Shown: positions 31,508 to 43,703, numbered from the stretch's first letter. The stretch is 64,000 nt of DNA from an uncultured Planctomycetia bacterium (GCA_964652265.1 CAZZAL010000001.1:37783-101782); one strand, 5' to 3'. The notes: generated from the letters alone by a model not told the origin. Made by a program: numbers and translations.

Positions 31508-34500
31508 TTATTTCTTCTTCCTCTTTGCCTTTTTGCGCTTTTTGCGCTCGGCCTTGAGGTCCTCTTTTGAGACTATTACCGGCGAAGCAGTTCCTTCCTT
31601 GTACTCTGTCTTTATATCCAAACAAAGACTCTGAAGTTCTTTTACTAATACGTTAAAAGATTCCGGCGTCCCAGGACGAAGCGCTTGCTCGCCCTTTACT
31701 ATAGACTCATACATCTTTGTCCTGCCGGAAACATCATCGCTCTTTACAGTCAAAAGCTCTTGAAGTGTATACGCAGCTCCGTATGCCTCAAGCGCCCACA
31801 CTTCCATCTCTCCGAATCTCTGTCCTCCGAATTGTGCTTTGCCTCCTAGTGGCTGCTGCGTGACAAGCGAGTATGGACCGATTGAGCGCGCATGTATCTT
31901 TTCGTCAACAAGATGCGCGAGCTTCATTATGTTAATATAGCCGACTGTGACCTTTTGATCAAAGGCCTGGCCTGTCAAGCCATCGCATAGCGTTACTTTC
32001 CCGTTTTCAGGAAGTCCGGCTTCTTTTAGTTCCAGCCTCACCTCTTCTTCTTTTGCACCGTCAAAAACAGGTGTCGTGACCTTAAAACCCATTACCTTGG
32101 CAGCCCATCCGAGATGTGTCTCAAGGATCTGACCAACGTTCATTCGCGAAGGAACTCCTAAAGGATTCAAGATAATCTCCACAGGAGTACCGTCCTGCAT
32201 ATAAGGCATGTCTTCTTCCGGCAATATCTTTGCAATGACACCTTTGTTCCCATGTCGACCAGCCATCTTGTCTCCGACAGACAGCCTCTTTTTGCTCGCA
32301 ACGTAAACAACAACCCGCTTCAATACGCCTGCAGGCAACTCGTCGCCCCTCTTTATCTTGTCGACTTCGTGCTCTTCTTCATAAAGAACTTCTTCTATCT
32401 GGTCGCCGTAGGTCAGGAGCGTGCGCCTTATCTCTGATTCATGTTCAACGTCATCTTCTATTTTTACACTGGCTATATCACATTTCTCAAACTTACGTAT
32501 ATCCTTTTTGCGAATAGCCCTGCCCTCTGCTATCAATGTAGCCCCGGTTTCGTCGGACAAAAGGGGCGCTGTCAATTTTACTCCGGAAAGCAACTTAAAC
32601 AGGCGATTTTCTCTTTCTTTCTTGATATTTTCAACGCGCTTCTCGTATTCGTTCCTTATCTTCGAGATATCTCTGTGTTCCCTTTGAAGGACTTCCTTAG
32701 ATTTTGACTTCTGGCCTTTTCTTGAAAAAACTTTAGCATCAACAACGATGCCTTCCACTCCAGAAGGAACCGTAAGGGAAGCATCTCTCACGTCGCCTGC
32801 TTTTTCGCCAAAGATCGCGCGCAACAATTTTTCCTCAGGAGAAAGCTCTGTCTCACTCTTCGGTGCGACCTTGCCGACGAGTATATCGCCAGGCCCGATT
32901 TCTGCCCCGACCCTCACTATGCCGTCTTCACCGAGATTCTTCAGGGCCTCTTCGCTTACATTAGGGATATCCCTTGTAATCTCTTCGTTTCCAAGCCGAG
33001 TCTCCCTTGCCTCTACCTCGAACTCCTCTATATGTACAGAGGTATACATGTCTTCCTTTAATAACCTCTCACTTACAAGTATCGCATCTTCAAAATTATA
33101 ACCACGCCACGGCATGAACGCGACAAGCACATTTCTTCCGAGCGCAAGCTCCCCGTCTTTTGTGCCAGGTCCATCAGCAATGACATCGCCTGCCTTGATC
33201 TTTTCTCCTGTCTTTACAATCGGCCTCTGGTTTACAGCTGTGTTTGCGTTTGACCTGTCGAACTTTCTCAATTTATAACTGATGCTGTTATTGACCATGA
33301 TCTCATCTGCCTGCACATATGTGACCTTTCCCCCTGCCTTTGCCACTATAGTAGCTCCGGAATCAGTAGCAGTCTTTTTCTCCAAACCAGTGCCTATTAA
33401 AGGAGACTCTGTAAACAATAAAGGTACTGCTTGGCGCTGCATGTTGGATCCCATGAGAGCGCGGTTCGCGTCATCATGTTCTAAAAATGGTATAAGTCCT
33501 GCTGCAATACTGACGAGCTGTTTTGGTGATACGTCCATGTAGTCAATATTTTTTGGCGGCACGAGTGGAAAATTTCCCTTGTTCCTGCAAGGCACCCTAT
33601 CTTCTATAAAATAGGACTCCTTGTCTAGTTTTGCGTTTGCCTGTGCAACTATATATTGATCCTCGACGTCTGCTGTGAGGTATTCTATCCTGTTTGTGAC
33701 GCGGCCCTTCTCGACCTTTCTGTAGGGTGTTTCGATGAATCCAAACTTATTCACCCTCGCGTATGTTGAAAGTGAAGATATAAGCCCGATGTTCGGGCCT
33801 TCTGGTGTTTCTATCGGGCAGATCCTACCATAGTGTGAATGGTGCACGTCTCGCACCTCAAAGCCAGCCCTTTCCCTTGAAAGACCTCCGGGTCCGAGTG
33901 CGCTCAGTCGACGCTTGTGCGTCATCTCTGCGAGTGGGTTTGTCTGGTCCATAAACTGCGATAACTGGCTCCTGCCGAAGAAATCCTTGATCACGCTCGA
34001 GAGGACCTTTGAATTTATCAAATGGTACGGCATCATCGTCTCCATGTCATAAAGAGACATGCGGTCCTTACAGAAACGCTCTATCCTGGCAAGACCTATC
34101 CTGAATTGCTCGGCAATAAGCTCTCCAACAGTCCTTATGCGCCGGTTGCCAAGGTGATCTATATCGTCGATCTCGCCTTCGCCGTTTTTCAGGTCCAGTA
34201 AATATCTGATTACATTTACAATGGTGTCCTTATCCAGGGTGCTCTTATCAAGAGAAGAAGTCATGTTTAATTTGCGGTTCAATATGTAACGCCCTACCTT
34301 GCTCATATCATATCTGCGCTTGTCAAAAAACAGCCTATCAAGTAATGTCTTTGCGCTTTCGATCGTCAATGGGTCACCCGGTCTTAATCGTCTGTATATA
34401 TCAAGGAGTGCTTCCTCTTTATTGTGGGTATGGTCTCTATCAAGTGTGTTGGCGATCTCTGGAACAGTATCCCTGAATACCTCTAAATAACGAACACCGG

Positions 34501-35284
34501 CCTCCCATATCTTTTCTATTGACTCCTCGTCTAACCTGCTGTTATTTGCAAGAATCACCTCGTCTGTATCAGGGTGCTTCACGTCTTTTACTACGAGGCG
34601 GCCTGTATATTTAAGGAGCGTTGATTTTCTTGTGGGCCTGGCCCTTTCAACACCTGTAAAAAGTCGCATTATATCTTCACTTGTCTCGCAACCAAGCGCA
34701 CGTAAAAGAATAGTCGCCAGTATCTTTTTTCGCCTGTCTATAAACACATGAAGGACATCGTTTGCATCAAACTCAAACTCCATCCATGCGCCACGGGCTG
34801 GTATTATCCTTCCAGAATAGATTCTTTTTCCTGTTGCGTGCAGGGATTCCTCGAATGATACTCCAGGCGAACGGTGAAGTTGACTCACTATTACCCTTTC
34901 ATCACCGTTTATTATAAAGGTACCGTTCTCTGTCATGAGCGGTAGGTCACCAAGGTAAACCTCCTGCTCTTTGGTCTCTTTTTTATTTTTCAGCTTTACC
35001 TTTACCTTTAAAGGTGAGGCATAGCTGACAGCCCTCCTCTGACATTCCAGCCTGTCATATTTCGGTTTTCCCAATGTATAATACGAAAATTCCAGCCTCG
35101 TATTGCCATCGTTGCTCTCTATAGGAAAGACCTCTTCAAATACTGCCTGCAGCCCTTCTCTTTTGCGCTTTGTCTTAGGTGTAGTCATCTGCAGAAATGC
35201 AGTATATGAGCGCGTTTGTATCTCAAGGAGATACGGGATACTGGTAACGCTTTTCAGCTTTGCATAGCTTTTACGCTTTATCAT
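31508..35284 (-). CDS. rpoB: RNA polymerase beta subunit
   Basis: [34 protein letters not shown]. Confidence 0.99.
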   Translation of the reverse strand: MIKRKSYAKLKSVTSIPYLLEIQTRSYTAFLQMTTPKTKRKREGLQAVFEEVFPIESNDGNTRLEFSYYTLGKPKYDRLECQRRAVSYASPLKVKVKLKNKKETKEQEVYLGDLPLMTENGTFIINGDERVIVSQLHRSPGVSFEESLHATGKRIYSGRIIPARGAWMEFEFDANDVLHVFIDRRKKILATILLRALGCETSEDIMRLFTGVERARPTRKSTLLKYTGRLVVKDVKHPDTDEVILANNSRLDEESIEKIWEAGVRYLEVFRDTVPEIANTLDRDHTHNKEEALLDIYRRLRPGDPLTIESAKTLLDRLFFDKRRYDMSKVGRYILNRKLNMTSSLDKSTLDKDTIVNVIRYLLDLKNGEGEIDDIDHLGNRRIRTVGELIAEQFRIGLARIERFCKDRMSLYDMETMMPYHLINSKVLSSVIKDFFGRSQLSQFMDQTNPLAEMTHKRRLSALGPGGLSRERAGFEVRDVHHSHYGRICPIETPEGPNIGLISSLSTYARVNKFGFIETPYRKVEKGRVTNRIEYLTADVEDQYIVAQANAKLDKESYFIEDRVPCRNKGNFPLVPPKNIDYMDVSPKQLVSIAAGLIPFLEHDDANRALMGSNMQRQAVPLLFTESPLIGTGLEKKTATDSGATIVAKAGGKVTYVQADEIMVNNSISYKLRKFDRSNANTAVNQRPIVKTGEKIKAGDVIADGPGTKDGELALGRNVLVAFMPWRGYNFEDAILVSERLLKEDMYTSVHIEEFEVEARETRLGNEEITRDIPNVSEEALKNLGEDGIVRVGAEIGPGDILVGKVAPKSETELSPEEKLLRAIFGEKAGDVRDASLTVPSGVEGIVVDAKVFSRKGQKSKSKEVLQREHRDISKIRNEYEKRVENIKKERENRLFKLLSGVKLTAPLLSDETGATLIAEGRAIRKKDIRKFEKCDIASVKIEDDVEHESEIRRTLLTYGDQIEEVLYEEEHEVDKIKRGDELPAGVLKRVVVYVASKKRLSVGDKMAGRHGNKGVIAKILPEEDMPYMQDGTPVEIILNPLGVPSRMNVGQILETHLGWAAKVMGFKVTTPVFDGAKEEEVRLELKEAGLPENGKVTLCDGLTGQAFDQKVTVGYINIMKLAHLVDEKIHARSIGPYSLVTQQPLGGKAQFGGQRFGEMEVWALEAYGAAYTLQELLTVKSDDVSGRTKMYESIVKGEQALRPGTPESFNVLVKELQSLCLDIKTEYKEGTASPVIVSKEDLKAERKKRKKAKRKKK

Positions 35285-35337
35285 AAGCTCCTCACTAACC
35301 TCACGTCCCTTACAATAAAAGATCTATTGAGGTTAAG

Positions 35338-35727
35338 TTATTTCAGCTCGACCTTTGCGCCCTGTGCCTCGAGTTTCTTCTTTACCTCTTCTGCCTCATC
35401 TTTACCAACGCCTTCTTTTACTGTCTTTGGAGCGCCTTCGACCAGTTCCTTTGCCTCTTTAAGGCCCAGGCTTGTGATAGTACGGATCTCTTTTATGACC
35501 TGGATCTTCTTGTCGCCTGCTGCCGCCAAGACAACCGTAAACGTGGTCTTTTCCTCTTCTGCACCAGCTGCGCCAGGTGCCGCGGCACCTGCGACTTGTG
35601 CCACTACAGGGGCCTGTGCAGTTACGCCGAATTTCTCTTCAATGGACTTGACAAGGTTTGAAAGCTCAAGAACAGACAAACCCTCAATCGTACCAAGCAT
35701 TTCCTCAATCTTTTTTGCATCCGCCAT
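35338..35727 (-). CDS. rplL: 50S ribosomal protein bL12
   Basis: [26 protein letters not shown]. Confidence 0.98.
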   Translation of the reverse strand: MADAKKIEEMLGTIEGLSVLELSNLVKSIEEKFGVTAQAPVVAQVAGAAAPGAAGAEEEKTTFTVVLAAAGDKKIQVIKEIRTITSLGLKEAKELVEGAPKTVKEGVGKDEAEEVKKKLEAQGAKVELK

Positions 35728-35782
35728 TTCATCCTCCTTGATTTCGCCCGTTTAACTTCACAATAGTTTATTTTTTGCAAAG

Positions 35783-36451
35783 TTACGGCTGTTTATTTTC
35801 GCTTTTATCTTCTTTTGCTTCAGGCTTTGTTTCCTCTTTTTTCTCTTCAGGTTTTTCAGGAGCCGAGGCAACTTCTTTTGCCTCTTCCTTTGGCTTATCT
35901 GCTGCTACAGGAGCAGGTGCATCTGATTCTTTCTTATCTTTTACAGCGTTCAATGCATACAGAAATTTACATATGATCGCGTTTAGTGCGCCAGCCAAAC
36001 CCTGTATGGGCGCATTAAGCACATTAGCGAGCGTCCCAAGCAATGTCTCCCGTGAAGGAAGTGATGCAAGTACTTTTATATCTTCCTTGGAAAGAAGCTC
36101 GCCGCTCATGAGCCCACCACGAATCTTTAAGGCCGTGTGATCTTTTGAAAATTTTACAAGCACCTTGGATAGGTGCGCAGCATCTGTCTTTTTATCCAGC
36201 GCTATCCCTACTTCGCCTTCGATAAATTCCGATATCTTGTCATTCCGATTCTCAGTGAACGCCCTTTTTACCATGGAATCCTTCACGATAACATAATCAC
36301 CCGATGCCCCCCTTAATTCTCTGCGAAGCTCGTTTAGATCATGTGCAGTGAGGCCTTTGTAGTTTGTGACAATAAGAGAATCTGCCTGTTTAAGTCGGTC
36401 GGTTATCTCTTCAACGACTATTTTTTTACACTCCATTGAAAGCTTTGCCAT
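35783..36451 (-). CDS. rplJ: 50S ribosomal protein uL10 with charged C-terminal tail
   Basis: YKGLT..LR, LASLPSRE; lies between rplA and rplL. Confidence 0.95.
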   Translation of the reverse strand: MAKLSMECKKIVVEEITDRLKQADSLIVTNYKGLTAHDLNELRRELRGASGDYVIVKDSMVKRAFTENRNDKISEFIEGEVGIALDKKTDAAHLSKVLVKFSKDHTALKIRGGLMSGELLSKEDIKVLASLPSRETLLGTLANVLNAPIQGLAGALNAIICKFLYALNAVKDKKESDAPAPVAADKPKEEAKEVASAPEKPEEKKEETKPEAKEDKSENKQP

Positions 36452-37140
36452 TATGATGTCCCCAGTTTTACAAGATCCAGCTTCATGCCCGGACTCATTG
36501 TTGTAGAAATACTGATATGTTTTACAAACTTTCCCTTTATGCCCTGCGGCCTGGATTTATTTATGGCCTTTATGATACTAGCAGCGTTTTCGCAAATCGC
36601 CTTTTCTTCAAACGAGATCTTGCCTATGCCACTGTTTATATTGGACTGCTTGTCGAGCTTAAATTCTATCTTGCCTGCCTTTGCATCTTTTACTGCTCCT
36701 GTCAGGTCATTGGTAACAGTGCCTGTCTTTGGATTTGGCATGAGTCCGCGCGGACCAAGTATTTTCCCTAATTTACCTACATCTCTCATCATATCCGGGG
36801 CACTCACCACTACATCAAAATCAATCCAGCCAGAGGTTATCTTTTGAATAAGATCCGCTCCTCCCACATAATCAGCACCTGCCTCTTTCGCAGCTGTAGC
36901 GCCTTCGCCCTTGCAGAGCACCAATACCCTTACATTCTTGCCTGTGCCATTTGGTAATCTCACAGTGCCTCTGACCATCTGATCAGCCTGCTTAGGGTCT
37001 GCGTTTAACTTAAACGACAACTCCACTGTCTCATCAAATTTCGCGTGAGGTGCTTTCTTTAATATCGAAACAGCCTCCTCGAGCAGATAGGCCTTGGATT
37101 TATCTATTAATTTTTCAAATTCTTTCATGCGCTTAGTCAT
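36451..37140 (-). CDS. rplA: 50S ribosomal protein uL1
   Basis: [29 protein letters not shown]. Confidence 0.98.
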   Translation of the reverse strand: MTKRMKEFEKLIDKSKAYLLEEAVSILKKAPHAKFDETVELSFKLNADPKQADQMVRGTVRLPNGTGKNVRVLVLCKGEGATAAKEAGADYVGGADLIQKITSGWIDFDVVVSAPDMMRDVGKLGKILGPRGLMPNPKTGTVTNDLTGAVKDAKAGKIEFKLDKQSNINSGIGKISFEEKAICENAASIIKAINKSRPQGIKGKFVKHISISTTMSPGMKLDLVKLGTS

Positions 37141-37562
37141 TCAACCACCTCTATACCCATGCTCCTGGCCGTACCCTCTACCGTCTTCATAGCACTCTCC
37201 ACGCCAGAGGCATTGAGATCCTTCATCTTTGTCTGCGCAATCTCCTTGACCTGTGCCTTTGTCACCTTGCCTATTTTTTCCTTGTTCGGAGTACCTGATG
37301 CCTTTGCCACGCCGCAGGCGCGTTTTAAAAGCACTGAACACGGCGGACTCTTTACAATAAAAGAAAATGACTTGTCTTCGTACACTGATATTACGACAGG
37401 CAATATCAGGCCTGGCCTGTCTTTTGTCTTTTCGTTGAAAGACTTGCAAAACTCCATTATGTTCACGCCATGCTGACCCAACGCAGGGCCTACAGGAGGT
37501 GCAGGGTTTGCCTGTGCGCCTGTAACATGCAGCTTGATCATTGATTTAATCTTTTTTGCCAT
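37137..37562 (-). CDS. rplK: 50S ribosomal protein uL11
   Basis: [20 protein letters not shown]. Confidence 0.98.
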   Translation of the reverse strand: MAKKIKSMIKLHVTGAQANPAPPVGPALGQHGVNIMEFCKSFNEKTKDRPGLILPVVISVYEDKSFSFIVKSPPCSVLLKRACGVAKASGTPNKEKIGKVTKAQVKEIAQTKMKDLNASGVESAMKTVEGTARSMGIEVVE

Positions 37563-37570
37563 ATCCTCTC

Positions 37571-38101
37571 CTACAACTTCTCGACCTGCCAGTATTCCAT
37601 CTCCACTGGCGTGGCGCGGCCGAATATCAAAACCATTACTTTTATCTTGCCTTTATCCGGGTTCACTTCTTCTACTGTGCCGCTAAAATTCACGAACGGG
37701 CCTTCTATTATCTTGACGCTATCACCGTTTTCAAAGACTACTTTAGGCGTGGGTTTTTCCTTGCGCTCCTCGGTCTGCTTTATTATGTGATTAACCTCGC
37801 TGTCTAACAGGGGTATGGGCTTTGTCTTGGTCCCTATAAAACCTGTAACGCCAGGCATATTCCTTATCACATACCAAATATCATCATCCAAGTCCATCTC
37901 TACTAATACATATCCCGGGAAAAACTTCCTTTGAGAGATCCTCTTTTTGCCATCTTTGACTTCCGAGACCTGTTCTGTCGGTATAAGGACATGAAAGACT
38001 TTGTCCTTCAGCGCGCCATCCTGGATCTTGTTTTCGACGCTCGCCTTAACCTTGTCTTCTTGTCCTGTCAATGTGTGTATTACATACCACTTATGGCTCA
38101 T
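37571..38101 (-). CDS. nusG: Transcription elongation factor NusG
   Basis: [19 protein letters not shown] motif, IFGRATPVE. Confidence 0.98.
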   Translation of the reverse strand: MSHKWYVIHTLTGQEDKVKASVENKIQDGALKDKVFHVLIPTEQVSEVKDGKKRISQRKFFPGYVLVEMDLDDDIWYVIRNMPGVTGFIGTKTKPIPLLDSEVNHIIKQTEERKEKPTPKVVFENGDSVKIIEGPFVNFSGTVEEVNPDKGKIKVMVLIFGRATPVEMEYWQVEKL

Positions 38102-38108
38102 AACTCGC

Positions 38109-38300
38109 TTATCTCAAAAGAATATTTATGAATCTGGATAATATTAAATCTACAACGCCTATAAATACAGCCAAGAGAGCCACAGAAGTAACTACAACGA
38201 TTGTTGAACCCACGAGCTCATTCCTGTCAGACCAAGAAACCTTCTGCATCTCGACTTTTACTTCAGCTACAAATTTTGTTATATTTGAAAATATCTTCAT
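38109..38300 (-). CDS. secE: Preprotein translocase SecE
   Basis: EMQKVSW followed by one TM helix; lies between tRNA-Trp and nusG. Confidence 0.95.
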   Translation of the reverse strand: MKIFSNITKFVAEVKVEMQKVSWSDRNELVGSTIVVVTSVALLAVFIGVVDLILSRFINILLR

Positions 38301-38344
38301 CGTATCCTGCTCTCGTTCCGAATCCCCTGCCTAAGCAAAATCAA

Positions 38345-38421
<77 letters not shown>

Positions 38422-38438
38422 CCATTCTTTTTGCTCAA

Positions 38439-38515
38439 GGCCTTCATTCCCATATAACGCAAGGGCCGACCTACTACTATGCCGGCCCTTGGGTTATAGC
38501 GGACGAAGGTCCGCT
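38439..38515 (-). other. Long structured intergenic element between rpmG and tRNA-Trp
   Basis: Nested arms CCTTCGT/ATGAAGG, TATAAC/GTTATA and CAAGGGCCGGC/GTCGGCCCTTG. Confidence 0.65.
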
Positions 38516-38521
38516 CCTAAT

Positions 38522-38674
38522 TTATTTTTCTTCCTTATGCAATGTTCTCTTTTTGCAGAACTTGCAGAATTTTTTTATCTCCAATCTCTTTGTCTGTAGT
38601 TTTTTATTTTTACTGCTGGTGTAATTTTTCCTCTTACACTCTGTGCACGTAATGATTATTAATTCCCGCGGCAT
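38522..38674 (-). CDS. rpmG: 50S ribosomal protein bL33 (Zn-binding)
   Basis: Not in the ORF track. Manual translation MPRELIIITCTECKRKNYTSSKNKKLQTKRLEIKKFCKFCKKRTLHKEEK. Confidence 0.96.
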   Translation of the reverse strand: MPRELIIITCTECKRKNYTSSKNKKLQTKRLEIKKFCKFCKKRTLHKEEK

Positions 38675-39902
38675 CTCTACTCCATTTAGGCGACTACCTC
38701 AGATACAACGCCTGCACCTACTGTATGTCCACCTTCGCGTATTGCAAACCTTAGTTCTTTTTCCATTGCGATAGGGGTTATTAGTTCGACTTCCATCTCT
38801 ACGTTATCACCAGGCATTACCATCTCTGTACCGGCAGGTAATGTTGCTACTCCTGTGACATCAGTCGTCCTGAAGTAAAACTGTGGACGATATCCCTTGA
38901 AGAACGGTGTGTGGCGGCCGCCTTCTTCTTTTGTCAATACGTATACTTTTGCTTTGAATTTTGTGTGGGGTGTGATTGAACCTGGTTTTGCCAGGACGTG
39001 TCCTCGCTCGAGGTCCTTTTTTTCAATGCCTCGTAGGAGTACTCCTACGTTGTCGCCGGCGCGGCCTTCATCCAGGAGCTTCCTGAACATCTCAACGCCT
39101 GTTACGACTGTCTTTTTGGCCTTTTCCATCAAGCCTACGATCTCTACTTCTTCGCCTACTTTTATTATGCCTCTCTCTATTCTTCCTGTGCCTACTGTGC
39201 CTCGGCCAGTGATAGAGAATACATCTTCTACTGCCATCAAGAAGGGTTTTTCAACGTCTCTTTTTGGTTCTGGGATGTAAGAATCGACCTGCTTCATCAA
39301 CTCAAAGATAGGGCCGCAGGCTTTACAGTCATCTTTTCCACAGCCGCAGTTCATTGCGTTAAGGGCAGATCCTTTTACGATAGGTATCTTGTCTCCTGGG
39401 AACTCATATTTTGTTAAGAGATCCCTTACTTCCAGGTCTACCAGATCTAAGAGTTCTGCGTCATCTACTGCATCGCATTTATTTAAGAATACTACTATGG
39501 CTGGAACGCCTACCTGGCGGGCTAAGAGGATGTGTTCACGGGTCTGCGGCATTGGGCCGTCTACAGCTGATACAACGAGTATCGCACCATCCATCTGTGC
39601 AGAACCTGTTATCATGTTCTTGATATAGTCTGCGTGGCCTGGGCAATCTACGTGGGCGTAGTGGCGTGCCTCTGTTGTATATTCTGCGTGGTGGACGTTT
39701 ATGGTCACGCCTCGCTCTTTTTCCTCGGGGGCGTTATCGATCTCATCAAAGGCCTTTGCCTGGGCTAAGCCCTTTGTTGCCAAGCACTTTGTGATGCTTG
39801 AAGTGAGTGTGGTCTTACCATGGTCCACGTGTCCTATTGTGCCTATATTTACGTGTGGTTTAGTGCGTTGGAATTTTTCCTTTGCCATTTTACCCTCCTG
39901 GG
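38670..39902. repeat. ~1.23-kb direct repeat, copy 2 (tuf plus flanks)
   Basis: Near-identical to 23183-24415. Confidence 0.97.
38686..39888 (-). CDS. tuf: Elongation factor Tu (tRNA-operon copy)
   Basis: Same motifs as the other copy; 3 aa differences (S/G, I/V, I/V). Confidence 0.99.
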   Translation of the reverse strand: MAKEKFQRTKPHVNIGTIGHVDHGKTTLTSSITKCLATKGLAQAKAFDEIDNAPEEKERGVTINVHHAEYTTEARHYAHVDCPGHADYIKNMITGSAQMDGAILVVSAVDGPMPQTREHILLARQVGVPAIVVFLNKCDAVDDAELLDLVDLEVRDLLTKYEFPGDKIPIVKGSALNAMNCGCGKDDCKACGPIFELMKQVDSYIPEPKRDVEKPFLMAVEDVFSITGRGTVGTGRIERGIIKVGEEVEIVGLMEKAKKTVVTGVEMFRKLLDEGRAGDNVGVLLRGIEKKDLERGHVLAKPGSITPHTKFKAKVYVLTKEEGGRHTPFFKGYRPQFYFRTTDVTGVATLPAGTEMVMPGDNVEMEVELITPIAMEKELRFAIREGGHTVGAGVVSEVVA

Positions 39903-39926
39903 GGTTGCTCCGCCATTCTTACACGG

Positions 39927-39999
<73 letters not shown>

Positions 40000-40058
40000 A
40001 GATCACCACTATATATTCTATATTATATATATTATATATAGGTAGAAACAGAGATAGG

Positions 40059-40105
40059 ATTATAACATATTAAAGTAGACTGTCAAGAAAAAAATTAAAA
40101 TATTT
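40059..40105 (-). promoter_or_regulatory. Consensus sigma70 promoter for the tRNA-Thr-tuf-rpl-rpo superoperon
   Basis: TTGACA (40086-40081), 16-nt spacer ending in TGn, TATAAT (40064-40059), and an A/T-rich UP-like tract upstream. Confidence 0.88.
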
Positions 40106-40112
40106 TCACAGC

Positions 40113-41513
40113 CTACATCCGTAAGGCAGGGATCAAAAACTGGGCTATTTTGAAATAAATAATAAGCCCTAAGATATCTACTATGCTTGTGGTAAACGGA
40201 CCGGCCAAAACCGCAGGATCCATGCCAACTTTTTTAGACAGAAGCGGGAGGAATAAACCTGTTAATATAGCAAGTAAAACTACGGCTATCATAGTTACTC
40301 CTACTGCGATCGCCAACATTGGAGACTGTTGTAATAGAATTGCTCGCACGAAAGCAACCACTCCAACTATAGCTCCCATAAATAAAGCAGTGATCAATTC
40401 TACTCTTATTACTTTCCATATATTCTTAAATGTGACGTCTCCTGTTCCCAATCCCCTGATAATAGTAATAGATGTTTGGTTGCCGGCATTGCCGCCCGTA
40501 CCCAATAACATAGGGATAAAAAATGCTAGAGCCACGACGCTGCTTAATGAATGTTCAAACATCTTGAGTATCGTCCCGGTCAAAAAGTCGAACACCAAAA
40601 GAAGTACAAGCCAGGGTGCCCGGCGTTTCAATAGGCCTAAGCTACTCACATGTGCATAGCGTATCTCCTCTCCTTCTTCCGGAGACATCTTTCCTATTTC
40701 GTAGATTTCCTTTGTCGTCTCTTTATGCACTAATTCTACTACATCGTCTATGGTAATTATTCCCACTAGTCTATTTTCCACATCAACAACAGGCATATTC
40801 AACAGGTCATACTTTTTAAAATTACTGGCTACATCCACGCTTGAGGTACCTGTCTCCACCTTTATCCAGTCCACCGGCCTCATAACATCCTTTATAAGCA
40901 TAAGAGGTGAAGCGATAATCAACATCTGCAGTGTTACCTCTCCGAGTAACCTGTGGTTCTCATCTGTTATGTATATTGAATTTATATCTTTTATCTGGCC
41001 GGGTCTATAATTTTCCTGCAACCTCAGGAGCGCTTTCTTTGCCGTCATCGCGGGCCGTAATTCTATCAATTCCGTTGTCATTAAACTGCCAGCTGTGTCT
41101 TCCGCGTACTTCAAGAGCTTGTTAAGGTCATCCACCTCTTCTTTTTTCATCAAGCTCTTCAGCTTCTTTACGACTCTGGGAGGCAAGTCCTTAAAAAGGT
41201 CCGCTCTTTCATCCGATGCCATTTCATTCAGGACTTGCGAGATCTCCTGATTATCTAGATTATTTAAAAGGTACGATTGGTCTTGAAATGACAGGTTCTC
41301 AAAAATTTCTATTGCGGTCTTCTGGCTTAAGAGCTTAAAAACTAAAACCTTCTCATTTCCCTCAAGAAGGTTTATGCCTTCTACCAGGTCCATGGAAGGA
41401 ATTCTCTTTATTATATCCCTGACCTGGGCAAAATTCCTTTCACGGAGACGCTCTTTTATCTCCGGAAGAAAAAGCGCAAATGCATCAACTTTTTTATTGA
41501 GCTGAGCCTTCAT
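40113..41513 (-). CDS. mgtE: Magnesium transporter MgtE
   Basis: N-domain, TAGSLMT plus CBS pair, GIITIDD, FIPMLLGTGGNAG, DPA..GPFTTSIVD. Confidence 0.95.
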   Translation of the reverse strand: MKAQLNKKVDAFALFLPEIKERLRERNFAQVRDIIKRIPSMDLVEGINLLEGNEKVLVFKLLSQKTAIEIFENLSFQDQSYLLNNLDNQEISQVLNEMASDERADLFKDLPPRVVKKLKSLMKKEEVDDLNKLLKYAEDTAGSLMTTELIELRPAMTAKKALLRLQENYRPGQIKDINSIYITDENHRLLGEVTLQMLIIASPLMLIKDVMRPVDWIKVETGTSSVDVASNFKKYDLLNMPVVDVENRLVGIITIDDVVELVHKETTKEIYEIGKMSPEEGEEIRYAHVSSLGLLKRRAPWLVLLLVFDFLTGTILKMFEHSLSSVVALAFFIPMLLGTGGNAGNQTSITIIRGLGTGDVTFKNIWKVIRVELITALFMGAIVGVVAFVRAILLQQSPMLAIAVGVTMIAVVLLAILTGLFLPLLSKKVGMDPAVLAGPFTTSIVDILGLIIYFKIAQFLIPALRM

Positions 41514-41523
41514 GATAAAAATA

Positions 41524-41598
41524 TGGAGCTGGCGAAAGGAATCGAACCTTCAACCTATGGTTTACAAAACCATTGCTCTGCCGTTGAGCTACGCCAGC
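41524..41598 (-). tRNA. tRNA-Thr (TGT)
   Basis: GCTGGCGTAGCTCAA...TTTGTAA...GTTCGATTCC...GCCAGCT-CCA. Confidence 0.96.
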
Positions 41599-41607
41599 AT
41601 CACTATT

Positions 41608-41681
41608 TGGAGCGGGTGAACGGGATCGAACCGTCATAGCTAGCTTGGAAGGCTAGTGCTCTGCCATTGAGCTACACCCGC
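41608..41681 (-). tRNA. tRNA-Gly (TCC)
   Basis: GCGGGTGTAGCTCAATGG...CTTCCAA...CACCCGCT-CCA. Confidence 0.96.
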
Positions 41682-41698
41682 ACCTTCCTTTAATATAA

Positions 41699-42603
<905 letters not shown>

Positions 42604-42622
<19 letters not shown>

Positions 42623-42987
42623 AATATAGCATTACTGACAGCGTAATTAGCTGTATGAGACATGCTGACTATGATATTATCCAGATGGTTCTTTAAAGCA
42701 AACTCTTTTGCTTCTCCATGCAGGACTATTTCCGGCTTACCCTTTGAATCGTTCAAGACTTCGATATTCTTCAGCTGTATGCCGATCCGCGTATCCCCAA
42801 ACGCCTTCAACACAGATTCCTTGCACGCAAATCTTGCAGCCAGGCTTTCATGTGAAAACTTTTTAGTATTCGCATAATCCAGTTCCCGCTGCGTAAATAC
42901 CCTGTTTAAAAACCGGCTGCCCCAGGCCTCAAGCGCCTTCTTAACCCTATCTACCTCTATAATATCAACACCTGTGCCGACTATCAT
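42604..42987 (-). CDS. acpS: Holo-ACP synthase
   Basis: GTGVDIIE, AARFACKES, GKP, SMSH. Confidence 0.96.
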
Positions 42988-43703
42988 CGCGCCCTCGCTA
43001 ATGCCTTCATGTCCTGCACTGCCTTTAAAAGCCCTGTAAATATAGCTCGAGAGATTATAGAATGCCCGATATTCAGCTCATTCACACCTTCTAGGCGAGC
43101 AATCCTCTTTACATTGTTGTAATCCAACCCATGCCCTGCATTCACTGTGAACCCCAAAGAAAGCGCAAGTTCGCAAGCGCCTTTTATTTTCTTAAACTCC
43201 TCATCCATGCTACGCCTAGAGGTTGCATCACTATACCGCCCTGTATGTATCTCGATGACTCTAGCCCCTATCTCTTTCGCTGCCATTATCTCGCGTTCAT
43301 CAGGATCGATAAAAATACTTACCTCTATCGCTTTCTCTTTCAGAGACCCTATGACTTTAGCTATTCCCTTTTTATTTCTACTGACACACAAACCGCCTTC
43401 TGTTGTCAGTTCTTGTCTTTTCTCAGGCACTAGTGTTGCCTGATGCGGCCTTATCCTCCTTGCCACCTTCACTATTTCCTTATCTATGGACATCTCAAGG
43501 TTAAACCTTGTCCTAACGATATCCTTTATAGCCTCTATATCTCTATCATTAATATGTCTACGATCCTCTCGCAGGTGCGCGACGATACTGTCGCAACCCG
43601 CTCGTTCACATACCTTAACAGCCTCTAGTGGACAAGGCTTTCGCCCTCCCCTTGCCTGCCTCAACGTAGCCACATGATCTACATTCACGCCGAGTGAGGG
43701 CAT
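42984..43703 (-). CDS. pdxJ: Pyridoxine 5'-phosphate synthase
   Basis: LGVNVDHVATLRQAR, HLREDRRHI, NAGHGL, ELNIGHSI. Confidence 0.97.
   Translation of the reverse strand: MPSLGVNVDHVATLRQARGGRKPCPLEAVKVCERAGCDSIVAHLREDRRHINDRDIEAIKDIVRTRFNLEMSIDKEIVKVARRIRPHQATLVPEKRQELTTEGGLCVSRNKKGIAKVIGSLKEKAIEVSIFIDPDEREIMAAKEIGARVIEIHTGRYSDATSRRSMDEEFKKIKGACELALSLGFTVNAGHGLDYNNVKRIARLEGVNELNIGHSIISRAIFTGLLKAVQDMKALARAR

Noticed and set aside
33880-33990. Possible rifampicin-resistance substitutions in RpoB cluster I
   Set aside because: The key Q, D, H, R and S residues ([22 protein letters not shown]) are wild-type.
40009-40041. TA-rich repeat as a CRISPR remnant or replication-origin unwinding element
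   Set aside because: No repeat-spacer periodicity, no cas genes and no DnaA-box cluster or dnaA seen nearby.
40000-41523. mgtE region as an integrative element between two tRNA-Thr genes
   Set aside because: No integrase and no duplicated tRNA 3' end (att). The two tRNA-Thr genes are different isoacceptors that both belong to the standard cluster.
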